Positions 39,725 to 47,946 of a DNA stretch of 64,000 bases are shown here, piece after piece; the stretch's first letter is position 1; each line of letters begins with the position of its first letter. A program made the position numbers and the translations under genes. The stretch is from an uncultured Acidobacteriota bacterium (GTDB taxonomy: Bacteria > Acidobacteriota > Terriglobia > UBA7540). The stretch lies in NCBI GenBank assembly GCA_963804995.1, contig CAWDSK010000003.1:928001-992000 (forward strand). Reading direction: 5' to 3'. The notes beneath the pieces were generated by a model. That model saw only the letters and a program-made list of their open reading frames with translations, was not told the origin of the DNA and made no database searches.

Positions 39725-40257
39725 TTCTTGGCTGTCTCCCTTCCCAGGTGATCGAGCTCCCGCTGCAGGGTTTGCTCGTTCATGTGGCCGTACACCGCGT
39801 GATTCACTTCGACGACCGGGGCCAGAGCGCACTGACCAAAGCAAGCCACCGTGCGGATGGTGAAGCGGCCATCCGGAGTGTTCATGGAAATCTTATCCAC
39901 CGGCTCCTCATCCGAGTCGTGGAAGCCCAACTTGAACATCAGACTTTCCAGCAGATCGCGCGAGCCCCGTGTGTGGCAAGCCGTGCCACGGCAAATGCAC
40001 ACCGTGTTCTGACCCTGCGGCTCGAGATTGAAGAGAGCGTAGAAAGTGACCACGCTGTAGATGCGGGCGAGCGGCGTGTCCGTCTTGGCAGCAATGTATT
40101 CGAGCGTCTCGCGCGCCAGGAATTTGCGCGGATGGTGCTCCTGCGCTCTTTCCAGCACACTGAGTAATGATCCGGGGTGGCCACGCTGCCCGGCAATCAA
40201 CTGGTCAAGAAACTCCTGATCCGCCTCGGTCAGCGGTTGTGAAATTAGTGCCTTCAT
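39721..40257 (-). CDS. hoxE: Diaphorase [2Fe-2S] subunit HoxE/NuoE-like
   Basis: VVTFY..F, CRGTACH.RG, VACFGQCALAP; SD AAGGAG at 40265-40270. Confidence 0.9.
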   Translation of the reverse strand: MKALISQPLTEADQEFLDQLIAGQRGHPGSLLSVLERAQEHHPRKFLARETLEYIAAKTDTPLARIYSVVTFYALFNLEPQGQNTVCICRGTACHTRGSRDLLESLMFKLGFHDSDEEPVDKISMNTPDGRFTIRTVACFGQCALAPVVEVNHAVYGHMNEQTLQRELDHLGRETAKK

Positions 40258-40274
40258 GGGCCCACTCCTTTGTT

Positions 40275-40507
40275 CGGGATACGGGATACGGGATACGGGA
40301 CACGGGACACGGGATACGGGACACGGGATACGGGAACTAGATTTCGCCTGAATCCCACGCCAATATGTCGACCATCGAGCTTTGTACCTCGCGACTGCAA
40401 TCCCCACCCGAATACGTCTTGCCACGATGTGACTGCGCTCTCGCGGGGATTCGGGTGTCCAGGTTCGGCCGAACCCCGTATCCCGTGTCCCGATTCCCGT
40501 ATCCCGT
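40275..40507. repeat. Heptamer inverted-repeat pair (CGGGAYA) in the hoxE leader
   Basis: 8+ units at 40275-40335; 4+ complementary units at 40475-40507. Confidence 0.9.
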
Positions 40508-40679
40508 CTTCATCACCGCCGCAACTCAACGCGCAGCACACCGCCATCGCACACCGCGCAATCCGGGTAGCCGACACCCTCAAGTGCGCCGCTTGTCAGA
40601 TTCTTGGCCAGAGAGCAAACACAGCAGGATGGCCGGTCCAAACCTGAGTTGCACTCCCCATCTCTTTCGACCATATATG

Positions 40680-40696
40680 TGCAAGACTTGAGCCAA
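40680..40696 (-). promoter_or_regulatory. Sigma-54 (-24/-12) promoter for the hox operon
   Basis: Minus strand TTGGCTCAAGTCTTGCA = GG-N10-GC. Confidence 0.7.
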
Positions 40697-41225
40697 ATTG
40701 TTGTTTACAAGAACATCGGGACTATTAAGGAAACAAACGGCTTTGGTGGGGTAGTGGGACAAGATTACCGTGCGAACCGGGCCACATCGACATTTTGGCA
40801 TGCGGCACACCTGTCTGTGCGACCAATGCCCCAGTCACGAAGTCCCGCCTTGCGATATTTCAAGGTCCAAGCAGCCACGAAGCGCCACCGTTGCGGCCGG
40901 TCGAGTTCGGTCATTGTGTCGATGGGCTGTGAAGAATTCCCTGAACGAGCAAGAGCATCTCGCGCAGAGACGCAGAGGCTCAGAGCGGTGATGCCGCAAC
41001 CAAAAGAGAATCATAGCCCTCTCCGCAGGGGTCGCAGGTTCGCCGTGGCGGAAGAGGGTGGACCGCGGTCCCGATGTACTTAATCGGGAAGGGGGCCCCA
41101 TGTTTTGCAGGTTGTGGGGGTGAGGGGTCAGTTCGGAGCAAAATATTCCTGCCCAAGAAAACAAGAATTCACAGTATTGCCTTGCAGAGCCGCGTAGCGG
41201 CGACCGATACCGACAACCACGTGCC

Positions 41226-41620
41226 GCGAACGTAGCGCGGTCCCCCGCCTTTGGGGTCCGCGGCTCTTCGTTTGCCTAACCTGCAAATCTCCAAATACGG
41301 GCGGCGTCTTCGAAACAATACTTTCACTTGATTGGCATGGGAAGAACCGCAGACCTCAACGGCGGAGGTCTGCGCTACGACGTATGCGGCCTTGGCATGA
41401 TTAGCGAACGTAGCGCGGTCCCCCGCCTTTGGGGTCCGCGGCTCTTCGTTTGCCTAACCTGCAAATCTCCAAATACGGGCGGCGTCTTCGAAACAATACT
41501 TTCACTTGATTGGCATGGGAAGAACCGCAGACCTCAACGGCGGAGGTCTGCGCTACGACGTATGCGGCCTTGGCATGATTAGCAAACGTAGCGCGGTCCC
41601 CCGCCTTTGGGGTCCGCGGC
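41226..41620. repeat. 178-bp tandem repeat (~2.2 copies) of a CGTAG REP doublet
   Basis: CGTAGCGCGGTCCCCC at 41231, 41409 and 41587; related single unit at ~45025-45157. Confidence 0.92.
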
Positions 41621-41798
41621 TGAAGACTCTATAGGAATTTCTACATGCGAACCGGATTGGATTTAGTTGTCTATCAGAACGATTCCGTCTGCCAAGGCTG
41701 CCCGATCGAAGCTTCAAAGTCATTACTCGTATTTGAAGGCCCCCTCGGGCCCCCTGGCCCACCGGGTCTTTAGCTGAAGGCTGACAACCTCCGCGGCA

Positions 41799-41870
41799 GT
41801 AGCACAGGCACTCCTGCCTGTGCGCTATGCACAGGGTGCACTCGAACACAGGCAGGAGTGCCTGTGCTAC
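41799..41870. repeat. GTAG-type REP doublet (perfect 24-bp inverted repeat)
   Basis: GTAGCACAGGCACTCCTGCCTGTG / CACAGGCAGGAGTGCCTGTGCTAC; supplies the padR TAG stop. Confidence 0.88.
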
Positions 41871-42221
41871 CCCTCCTCCGGCCGCAAAACGCGGTTGATG
41901 GCCCGCACCAGTTCTTCCCAGCGGCTGGTCTGGTGGGCCAATTGCTTGCGGCCGGCGGGCGTCAGCCGGTAGTAGCGCGCCCGGCGATTGTTTTCCGAAG
42001 TGCCCCAGAACGAGGCGATCCATTCGCGGTCCTCCAGACGGTGCAGCGCAGGGTAAAGCGAGCCATGCTCAACTTGCAGGAACGTCTTCGGAGCGGTGTT
42101 CGATGGCGTAGGCGATGGTGTGCCCATGCGCGGGACCGAGCACCAGCGTTTGCAAAATCAGCAGGTCGAGCGTGCCCTGCAACAACTCGCCTTCCAGCGG
42201 AGGTGAACCCTTTTTTGGCAT
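41867..42221 (-). CDS. PadR-family regulator, acidobacterial type (single-base frameshift at ~42080)
   Basis: [16 protein letters not shown], then [31 protein letters not shown]. Confidence 0.9.
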
Positions 42222-42227
42222 GTCGCC

Positions 42228-42256
42228 GTTATACTCCCATAGATCATCTACTTCAA
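42228..42256 (-). promoter_or_regulatory. Sigma-70 promoter with palindromic operator; probably leaderless padR transcript
   Basis: TTGAAG-17-TATAAC-6-ATG; spacer palindrome TAGAT-N-ATCTA at 42240-42250. Confidence 0.55.
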
Positions 42257-42365
42257 GAGGGAAATGGCGCAAAATCTCGATTTCTTCAAGTCGGACACTA
42301 TGTCTCAATGATAAGGAAAATGACTTTAAAGAAGATTAGCCAGGGGAAACACGCGGTACTGCGCA

Positions 42366-42482
42366 GCGCTTTGGAGTGCGGTCGCAGCAGCTACCGCCTT
42401 CTGGCTTCGGTCCACCAGACGCTAAATGTGCAAGACGAGGGGAAAGCAAAGCGGTAGCTGCTGCGACCGCACTCCAAAGCGC
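42366..42482. repeat. REP-like doublet, GGAGTGCG family (perfect 32-bp inverted repeat)
   Basis: 42366-42397 is the exact reverse complement of 42451-42482. Confidence 0.9.
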
Positions 42483-42605
42483 CTTCGGCACACCAATCAG
42501 CAAGCGGCGGAGCCGCAACCAAATTGTGCCACGGCCGACCTGCCCCGATTATGGTTTTTGAATTTATAAGTTGTAAATTGTTCCGACGCCCCGCGCGTGG
42601 AAGTA

Positions 42606-42809
42606 ACCCCTCATCCGTCCTCCTACGTCGGCCACCTTCTCCCCTGGGAGAAGGCTGGGACTTACGGTGCCTAGCCCTCTCCGCAGGGGAGAGGGTGGAC
42701 CGCGGCCAGCGTTCTTACGAGCTGGCGCGGGACGGGTGAGGGGTCAGTTCCGAGCAAAATATTCCTGCCAAAAGAAAAACAAGACTTTACAGTATTGCAT
42801 TGCAGGGCC
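42606..42809. repeat. CCCCTCACCC-family doublet plus ~75-bp tail directly repeated at 41118..41191
   Basis: GGGTGAGGGGTCAGTTC.GAGCAAAATATTCCTGCC.AA..GAAAACAAGA.TT.ACAGTATTGC.TTGCAG.GCC in both places. Confidence 0.8.
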
Positions 42810-42890
42810 CGAAAAGAAAACAAGTCAGTTATTTGCCTAAAATCTCTGCGCCTCTGCGTCTCTGCGGTAGGATGATGGCCGGCGCGCGCC

Positions 42891-44624
42891 TTAAGCAGAA
42901 CCCAACAAGCCTTTGTAACGCCCACGGGCCTCATCGATTTCCGCTGTCAGGGCCTCCACCTCACCTTTGCCATAAGTCGAAATATACTTGGGATCGGCCA
43001 GCCGGCTGACGATGTAATCGAGTACGTTTATACGTTTCTCCACAAGCTGGGGCAGCTCCTTCTGATTTCGAAAGGTCTTACCCGCGACCATAATATATAC
43101 GGGAGTAGTATGGGCCAAGGCGCCATTGTGGGACGTAACGCGCGCGGCGATCCACTGGCCGACCTCCGCCTGGAGGGAGAAATCGAGTTTCAGTTCCGCC
43201 TGGTCTGAGCTATGGGATTCGAGGGTGCGAATCACCTGGCCGTGGGAAATAATCTCCAGGGTTTTGGGTGATCCGATAGTCGCCGGCGCCCAGGCTCGCG
43301 CTCGGACTCGCAGGCGGGCATTCGCAGCAACTTTCAGTTCGTCACCCGGCATGGCGCCGTTGACGGTAAGCGTCAGCATAGGACCGTTGGTAACGAAAGC
43401 GCGCCCGGCCTTCATCGCGGCAAACCAGGCGTCAGCGGAAAATTCGTGCCCGGTGTAAACATAAGTCCGCACCTCGCCAATGGTATTCCCCCACGGCACG
43501 TCCGAGCCGGCGGAGGCGGTAAGCTTGAAACCCAGATTCAGGAAGTCGTAGTAATCCTCCAAGCCCAGAAGGCGGAACTGCAGGATCTCCAGGAAATCGA
43601 CCTTGTTGCGGACCACGTTAATCGTGGCGTCCCAGGATGCATACGTCGCCTCGCGGGAAGCGCGGTAGAGGGTTTGCGCCCAGGCGATGTGGGCATAGCC
43701 TGCCAGTCCGCCCTGGGCGTGCACTTCGTCGAACACCGCACCGTACAGGTGGTAGCGATCCGGGTGGCGGACGGGCTCTTTGATATTGAGCGCGATGGCG
43801 TGCCCCTCTTCATGAATCTCCGTGCGCGGATCTTCCTGCCCCGAAGCCAGCACATAATCCTCCTGCTGATAGCGGGAATCCTTGCCGAAACCCACTTGCT
43901 CAAAAAAGGTATCGTGCTGGTCGCCCATGCGCAGGATGTTTGAAACGTGCACATCTTCCGCGCGCGCCCAGGTCATCAGGAATTCGTTGTGTGCTGGGGT
44001 CAGGCGCACCATGTGGATATGGTCATCACCGGAATACCAGCCCAGCTTGGGCATGTCGACCCAGCGCCGCAGCAGGATCTTTCGGGCCCGGGTTTCGTTG
44101 GCAGCGATTTCAAATTCCTCGAAGACCGGGGCAAATTCAATCCCCCGGGCGACGGCAAGCCGCCACTTTCCCACGGGAAGGGTGATGGAAAAAGGCTTCG
44201 AGACAAAGTAAGTGGCCGGCTCCTGCCAAAAGGGATAGGCGGATTTCCCGGCGTAGACATAGGAGCGCGGGTCGTTGCCGGGGTAATCGCCGTTCGTGAC
44301 CCTTACCGGTCCAACGTCGCCAGGCTTCCAGGCGTAAAGGCCTTCATAGAAATCCTGATTGGTCGTAAACGGAGGGACGGTTCGGCCGTCGGGCGGCGTG
44401 CGCCACTTGCGGTCGGCAAGAAACGTAATGCACACCATGGCGGGCGTGGTTTGCTTGGTCGCATCGTCAAGAATTTCTACTTGCAGCGTGCCTACCGCTG
44501 TCGGGACAGCGCTCAACTGCTTCTCACCCAGGAGCGTGCCAGACAGGGTAACGCTGGCGGCTTTTAGAAAATCGCGACGCGTGAAATCTTTGTTAGCGGG
44601 TTTCCGGTTGTTTCTGGCACGCAT
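42891..44624 (-). CDS. CehA/McbA-family (PHP-like) metallohydrolase with Tat signal
   Basis: FTRRDFLK; GWYSGDDHIH, GYAH, SAGSD, RTYV, GRAFVTNGP, AHTTPVY. Confidence 0.85.
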   Translation of the reverse strand: MRARNNRKPANKDFTRRDFLKAASVTLSGTLLGEKQLSAVPTAVGTLQVEILDDATKQTTPAMVCITFLADRKWRTPPDGRTVPPFTTNQDFYEGLYAWKPGDVGPVRVTNGDYPGNDPRSYVYAGKSAYPFWQEPATYFVSKPFSITLPVGKWRLAVARGIEFAPVFEEFEIAANETRARKILLRRWVDMPKLGWYSGDDHIHMVRLTPAHNEFLMTWARAEDVHVSNILRMGDQHDTFFEQVGFGKDSRYQQEDYVLASGQEDPRTEIHEEGHAIALNIKEPVRHPDRYHLYGAVFDEVHAQGGLAGYAHIAWAQTLYRASREATYASWDATINVVRNKVDFLEILQFRLLGLEDYYDFLNLGFKLTASAGSDVPWGNTIGEVRTYVYTGHEFSADAWFAAMKAGRAFVTNGPMLTLTVNGAMPGDELKVAANARLRVRARAWAPATIGSPKTLEIISHGQVIRTLESHSSDQAELKLDFSLQAEVGQWIAARVTSHNGALAHTTPVYIMVAGKTFRNQKELPQLVEKRINVLDYIVSRLADPKYISTYGKGEVEALTAEIDEARGRYKGLLGSA

Positions 44625-44650
44625 CTTTTGCTCCTTCGCCTTGGGATTTT

Positions 44651-44780
44651 CCAGCAGGCTGCTGAAAAACCCTCTTGGTGCGAGGTAGCGGCGGGTTTAC
44701 CCCGCCATACGGCGGCGGCCTTACGCCGCCGTATGGCGGGGTAAACCCGCCGCTACGTCGTTTTCCATCAGCCTTGCTGG
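44651..44780. mobile_element. MITE with IS5-like ends enclosing a GTAG REP doublet, copy 1
   Basis: CCAGCAGGCTGCTGAAAAA...TTTTCCATCAGCCTTGCTGG around GTAGCGGCGGGTTTACCCCGCCAT / ATGGCGGGGTAAACCCGCCGCTAC. Confidence 0.72.
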
Positions 44781-45024
44781 ACTGGCCCGGCCGCGCAGCC
44801 GGCGCGGCATTGAGCAAGTGTAACGCGGACCGGTTCGGCAGGTCGCGGTTTTTTGTTTCAAATCCGCAAATGTTCAACGGCGGCCCCAAGCGAACGTCAC
44901 GGGTAGCCACGGTCAGTGCCTTTCCTGACCGTGGGCTTTTCTCCTGCATTATCCGTAGGCGTTGGCATGGCCATCCGGGGAAGAGCCCACGGTCAGCAAA
45001 CCACTGACCGGCTACCCGCTGTTC

Positions 45025-45157
45025 CGTAGCGCGGTCCCCCGTTTTTGGGGTCCGCGGCCTTTATCTGAAAACTCTAAACCCGGGCAGCGGTTTCTTCACC
45101 TTTGTTCAAATGACACACAAAGAACCGCAGACCTCAACGGCGGAGGTCTGCGCTACG
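45025..45157. repeat. CGTAG REP doublet related to the 178-bp tandem unit
   Basis: Same ends (CGTAGCGCGGTCCCCCG and AAGAACCGCAGACCTCAACGGCGGAGGTCTGCGCTACG), different middle. Confidence 0.85.
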
Positions 45158-45496
45158 CCGCTGGTGTCCCTCACGGGCGCGTAGCCCTAATTTACCGGGC
45201 CCGAGGAGGCATCGGTACTTCGTGGCTCGAACTTCATAACATCACGGTGTCGCCGCTGCTGAAAGTCCGCCAATCTTAATGGTGGGCAACCTTTTGTGCG
45301 TGGGTTCTTCTGCGAGTTGCATCAATTGTATTTGGCCCGCGTAGTGAGGCGTAATGTGACCCCTGGTGCGCGCCCTGTGGAAAAGAAGCAGAAGAAGAAA
45401 GAGCGGGGTGTAGCGCAGCAGAGCCGCAACCAAACTAGGAGAGGCGCTGCCGGTTCCTTAGGTAGGTGCAGGTCCGCTCATCGGGTGGTGAAGCAA

Positions 45497-45564
45497 CCCC
45501 TCACCCGTCCCGCCCCGGCCGATGAAAACGCCGGCTGCGGTCCACCCTCTCCCCTCGGAGAGGG
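45497..45564. repeat. CCCCTCACCC-family REP-like unit
   Basis: Near-identical to 1481..1555. Confidence 0.8.
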
Positions 45565-45980
45565 CTATGATTTGGATTTCTATCTGCCGAGGTTGAGCAA
45601 GCAAATAACGCTGCGCAGTAAAGCCGCGCCTGCTTCGCGACTCTGAGGTGGGACTGAAGTAGGTTTGCGTGAGAGCCCGAGGCGGAGAATCTGCACGTCC
45701 AGCCGGGCGCGGGGTGAGAAGGTCGGGGTAGGCCAAGGGTGAGGAGATCGGGGTCGGAATCGCCTTCTCTCCTGCTCTAATTTTGCAGGTCTGCGACTTT
45801 GTGTCATCAAGGTGGGGCTGTCCCACATGTTACTCTCCGCGGGGCATAGCGAGCGAGGTCCCACTTAATTCCCCTACCTCAGGCGTTTTTCGCCCCCCGA
45901 TTTTGATCTCAAGTTTCGCCGCGCAAAACTGCTCCACCCCTCCCTGGTGAGAACTCAAATGTCACGGCGCGTCTGCTGAA

Positions 45981-47117
45981 TCAGGCTGCCCCCAAACGGC
46001 GGCAGACCTTGATCCACTCGCGCATGCAATAGCCCATGTAGTGGAAGTAACCGCGGGCGGCATCTGACCAAATCTGGCCGCTGAAACTCCCCACCACCTC
46101 TTCGATCGCGTGGCTCAAGGCGGTATAAGCCTCGCAGTAGGTTCTCCCTTCCAGCTTGTGCTCGCGCAACCACGGAAGGAGATCCTCCAGCACGCAGATG
46201 CAGGCGAACTCGTTCAAAGCATCCCGCAGGTAGTTATGAGAATTGCGCCGGTGGTCGGCCACAGGAGTCCCGACTCGAATGGCATGGCCCAGGCGCCGCA
46301 CGCAAGCTTGGCTGAAATATCCCGAGAAGATATCGCCGTAACGGTCGATGGGCAATCCCGCAAGCGGGTACCCCATGCGGATAAAGTAATAGCTGGGGAT
46401 GACGTCGCGGTGAAGCGCAGTATTCTGGGTGTTGATGGGTGACCAGGTCGCGTCCGCCAAGACTCGCGATTGACCGGAGAATTGCTTGGATCGCGCGGGG
46501 GCTACCAACCACGTGATGCCGTCCAGATCAGGCTCCGTGAGCCAAAGTCCGGCATTCATCCGAATCGTGGATTGAATTTTTCGTTCCTTTATCTCCGCTA
46601 CCTTATGGCGAGCCGAGTAAGGAAACCCTCGGGGATAGATCGGGCTCGCGGGTTCAATCCGCATCAGGTCGCACAGGTTGAACCAGCCGGAACCTGATTC
46701 AACGGCCTCCGCCTCAGCGGGGCCGCCACAAACCACGGAATGAGCCTGGAAGTAATCTTCCTCAGGCGCGCAGTAATTGTCGTCGTCAATAGAGATAAGG
46801 AAGTCGGCTCCTGCCTCCAGAGCCATCAGGTAACCGATGTTGCGTCGATTATCTGAATTATAAGGAATCAGGCCCTCCGGAAGACCGATGCGTCGCAAAT
46901 ACGCGTCCTGCTCATCCAGCGTGGGGCAGAGGATATCCATACCGCGCTTTTGGAGCGCAACGCAGCGCTCGTAAGCGGCGGCCGGAGTCTTCCGGTCAGG
47001 GATAACGATGACTTTGATCTGGCCCAGGCGGTCGTAAGCTTCAAAATTCGCGTAGTAGCCATCCAGCAGAGCAGGATCGTTAATCGTGGTCAGAACCAGC
47101 GTGGCGTTAGGTTTCAT
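45981..47117 (-). CDS. RGP (GT75)/STELLO-like nucleotide-sugar enzyme
   Basis: LVLTTIN, IPDRKTP, RRNIGYL, IDDDN, PRGFPY, GLW..EPD.D, NTQNT, RYGDIFSGY. Confidence 0.7.
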   Translation of the reverse strand: MKPNATLVLTTINDPALLDGYYANFEAYDRLGQIKVIVIPDRKTPAAAYERCVALQKRGMDILCPTLDEQDAYLRRIGLPEGLIPYNSDNRRNIGYLMALEAGADFLISIDDDNYCAPEEDYFQAHSVVCGGPAEAEAVESGSGWFNLCDLMRIEPASPIYPRGFPYSARHKVAEIKERKIQSTIRMNAGLWLTEPDLDGITWLVAPARSKQFSGQSRVLADATWSPINTQNTALHRDVIPSYYFIRMGYPLAGLPIDRYGDIFSGYFSQACVRRLGHAIRVGTPVADHRRNSHNYLRDALNEFACICVLEDLLPWLREHKLEGRTYCEAYTALSHAIEEVVGSFSGQIWSDAARGYFHYMGYCMREWIKVCRRLGAA

Positions 47118-47151
47118 AATCTTGGGGTGATGCCGGAAACAGCTTATCTTC

Positions 47152-47946
47152 CTAATTGAACTTCTTGAGCCCCGCCAACTCCAACAGAGAAAGCCCGACA
47201 AATTGAGGGCCGTAGACGAAGGCCCTGCGCCAAAGCCTGCGGGGTTCATGCAATACACGCCAGAACCATTCCAGGCCAGCATTGCTCACCCAGGTGGGAG
47301 GAGGATTCGATTTCCCGCAGATGAATCGAAAGGAAACGCCCACGGCAGCAATGACCGGCACTTTGAGCCTTCCCAGGTGGGCAAAAATCCACTTCTCCTG
47401 CTTGGGCAAACCCAATCCAACCCAAAGAACATCGGGATTTGCCTTGTTGATCATCTCCGTGATCTGCGCGTCTTCCTCCGTCGTAATTTCCCTAAAAGGT
47501 GGAGAATAAACTCCCGCTATTCTTAAAGAAGGAAATTGGCGCAGCAGGTTCTGCGACGTTAGGGAGAGGACCTCGTCGGTATCGCCGTAAAAGAAATTTG
47601 TGTAGCCCTGGGAATTGGCAATTCGGCAGAAGTCCAGCAGCAAGTTCGCGGCTCGAACGTGGGGGACAGGTTGAGAAACCCGCCGCGAGAGAAACCAGTT
47701 GGTAATCTTGCCATCAACCAGCGACAAGTCGGCTGATTTCAGCACCTCCATGAATTCCGCGTGTTTGTGAGCCTCCAGGATGCCATGCGAATTGGCATGA
47801 TAGATCCAGTGGCAACGGTCTCGTTGTTGAATCCACTCTTCCATGTGCTGTAAGACTTGGTGCAGGTCAGCAAGGTGGATGGGGACTCCCAAGAGTGAGC
47901 TTGATTCGATTCGACCCTTGGAGTCTTGAATACCAGACAGCGTCAT
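47152..47946 (-). CDS. WecB/TagA/CpsF-family glycosyltransferase
   Basis: ADL..VDG, SPPFR, LWVGLGLPKQEKW, GLEWFWR...EPRRLWRR. Confidence 0.93.
   Translation of the reverse strand: MTLSGIQDSKGRIESSSLLGVPIHLADLHQVLQHMEEWIQQRDRCHWIYHANSHGILEAHKHAEFMEVLKSADLSLVDGKITNWFLSRRVSQPVPHVRAANLLLDFCRIANSQGYTNFFYGDTDEVLSLTSQNLLRQFPSLRIAGVYSPPFREITTEEDAQITEMINKANPDVLWVGLGLPKQEKWIFAHLGRLKVPVIAAVGVSFRFICGKSNPPPTWVSNAGLEWFWRVLHEPRRLWRRAFVYGPQFVGLSLLELAGLKKFN

Noticed and set aside
40254..40583. 109-aa upstream ORF whose stop overlaps the hoxE ATG
   Set aside because: TTG start without a clear SD and largely repeat-derived; the overlap could be chance
41226..41620. CRISPR array
   Set aside because: Units are 178 bp and identical throughout, with no unique spacers and no cas genes
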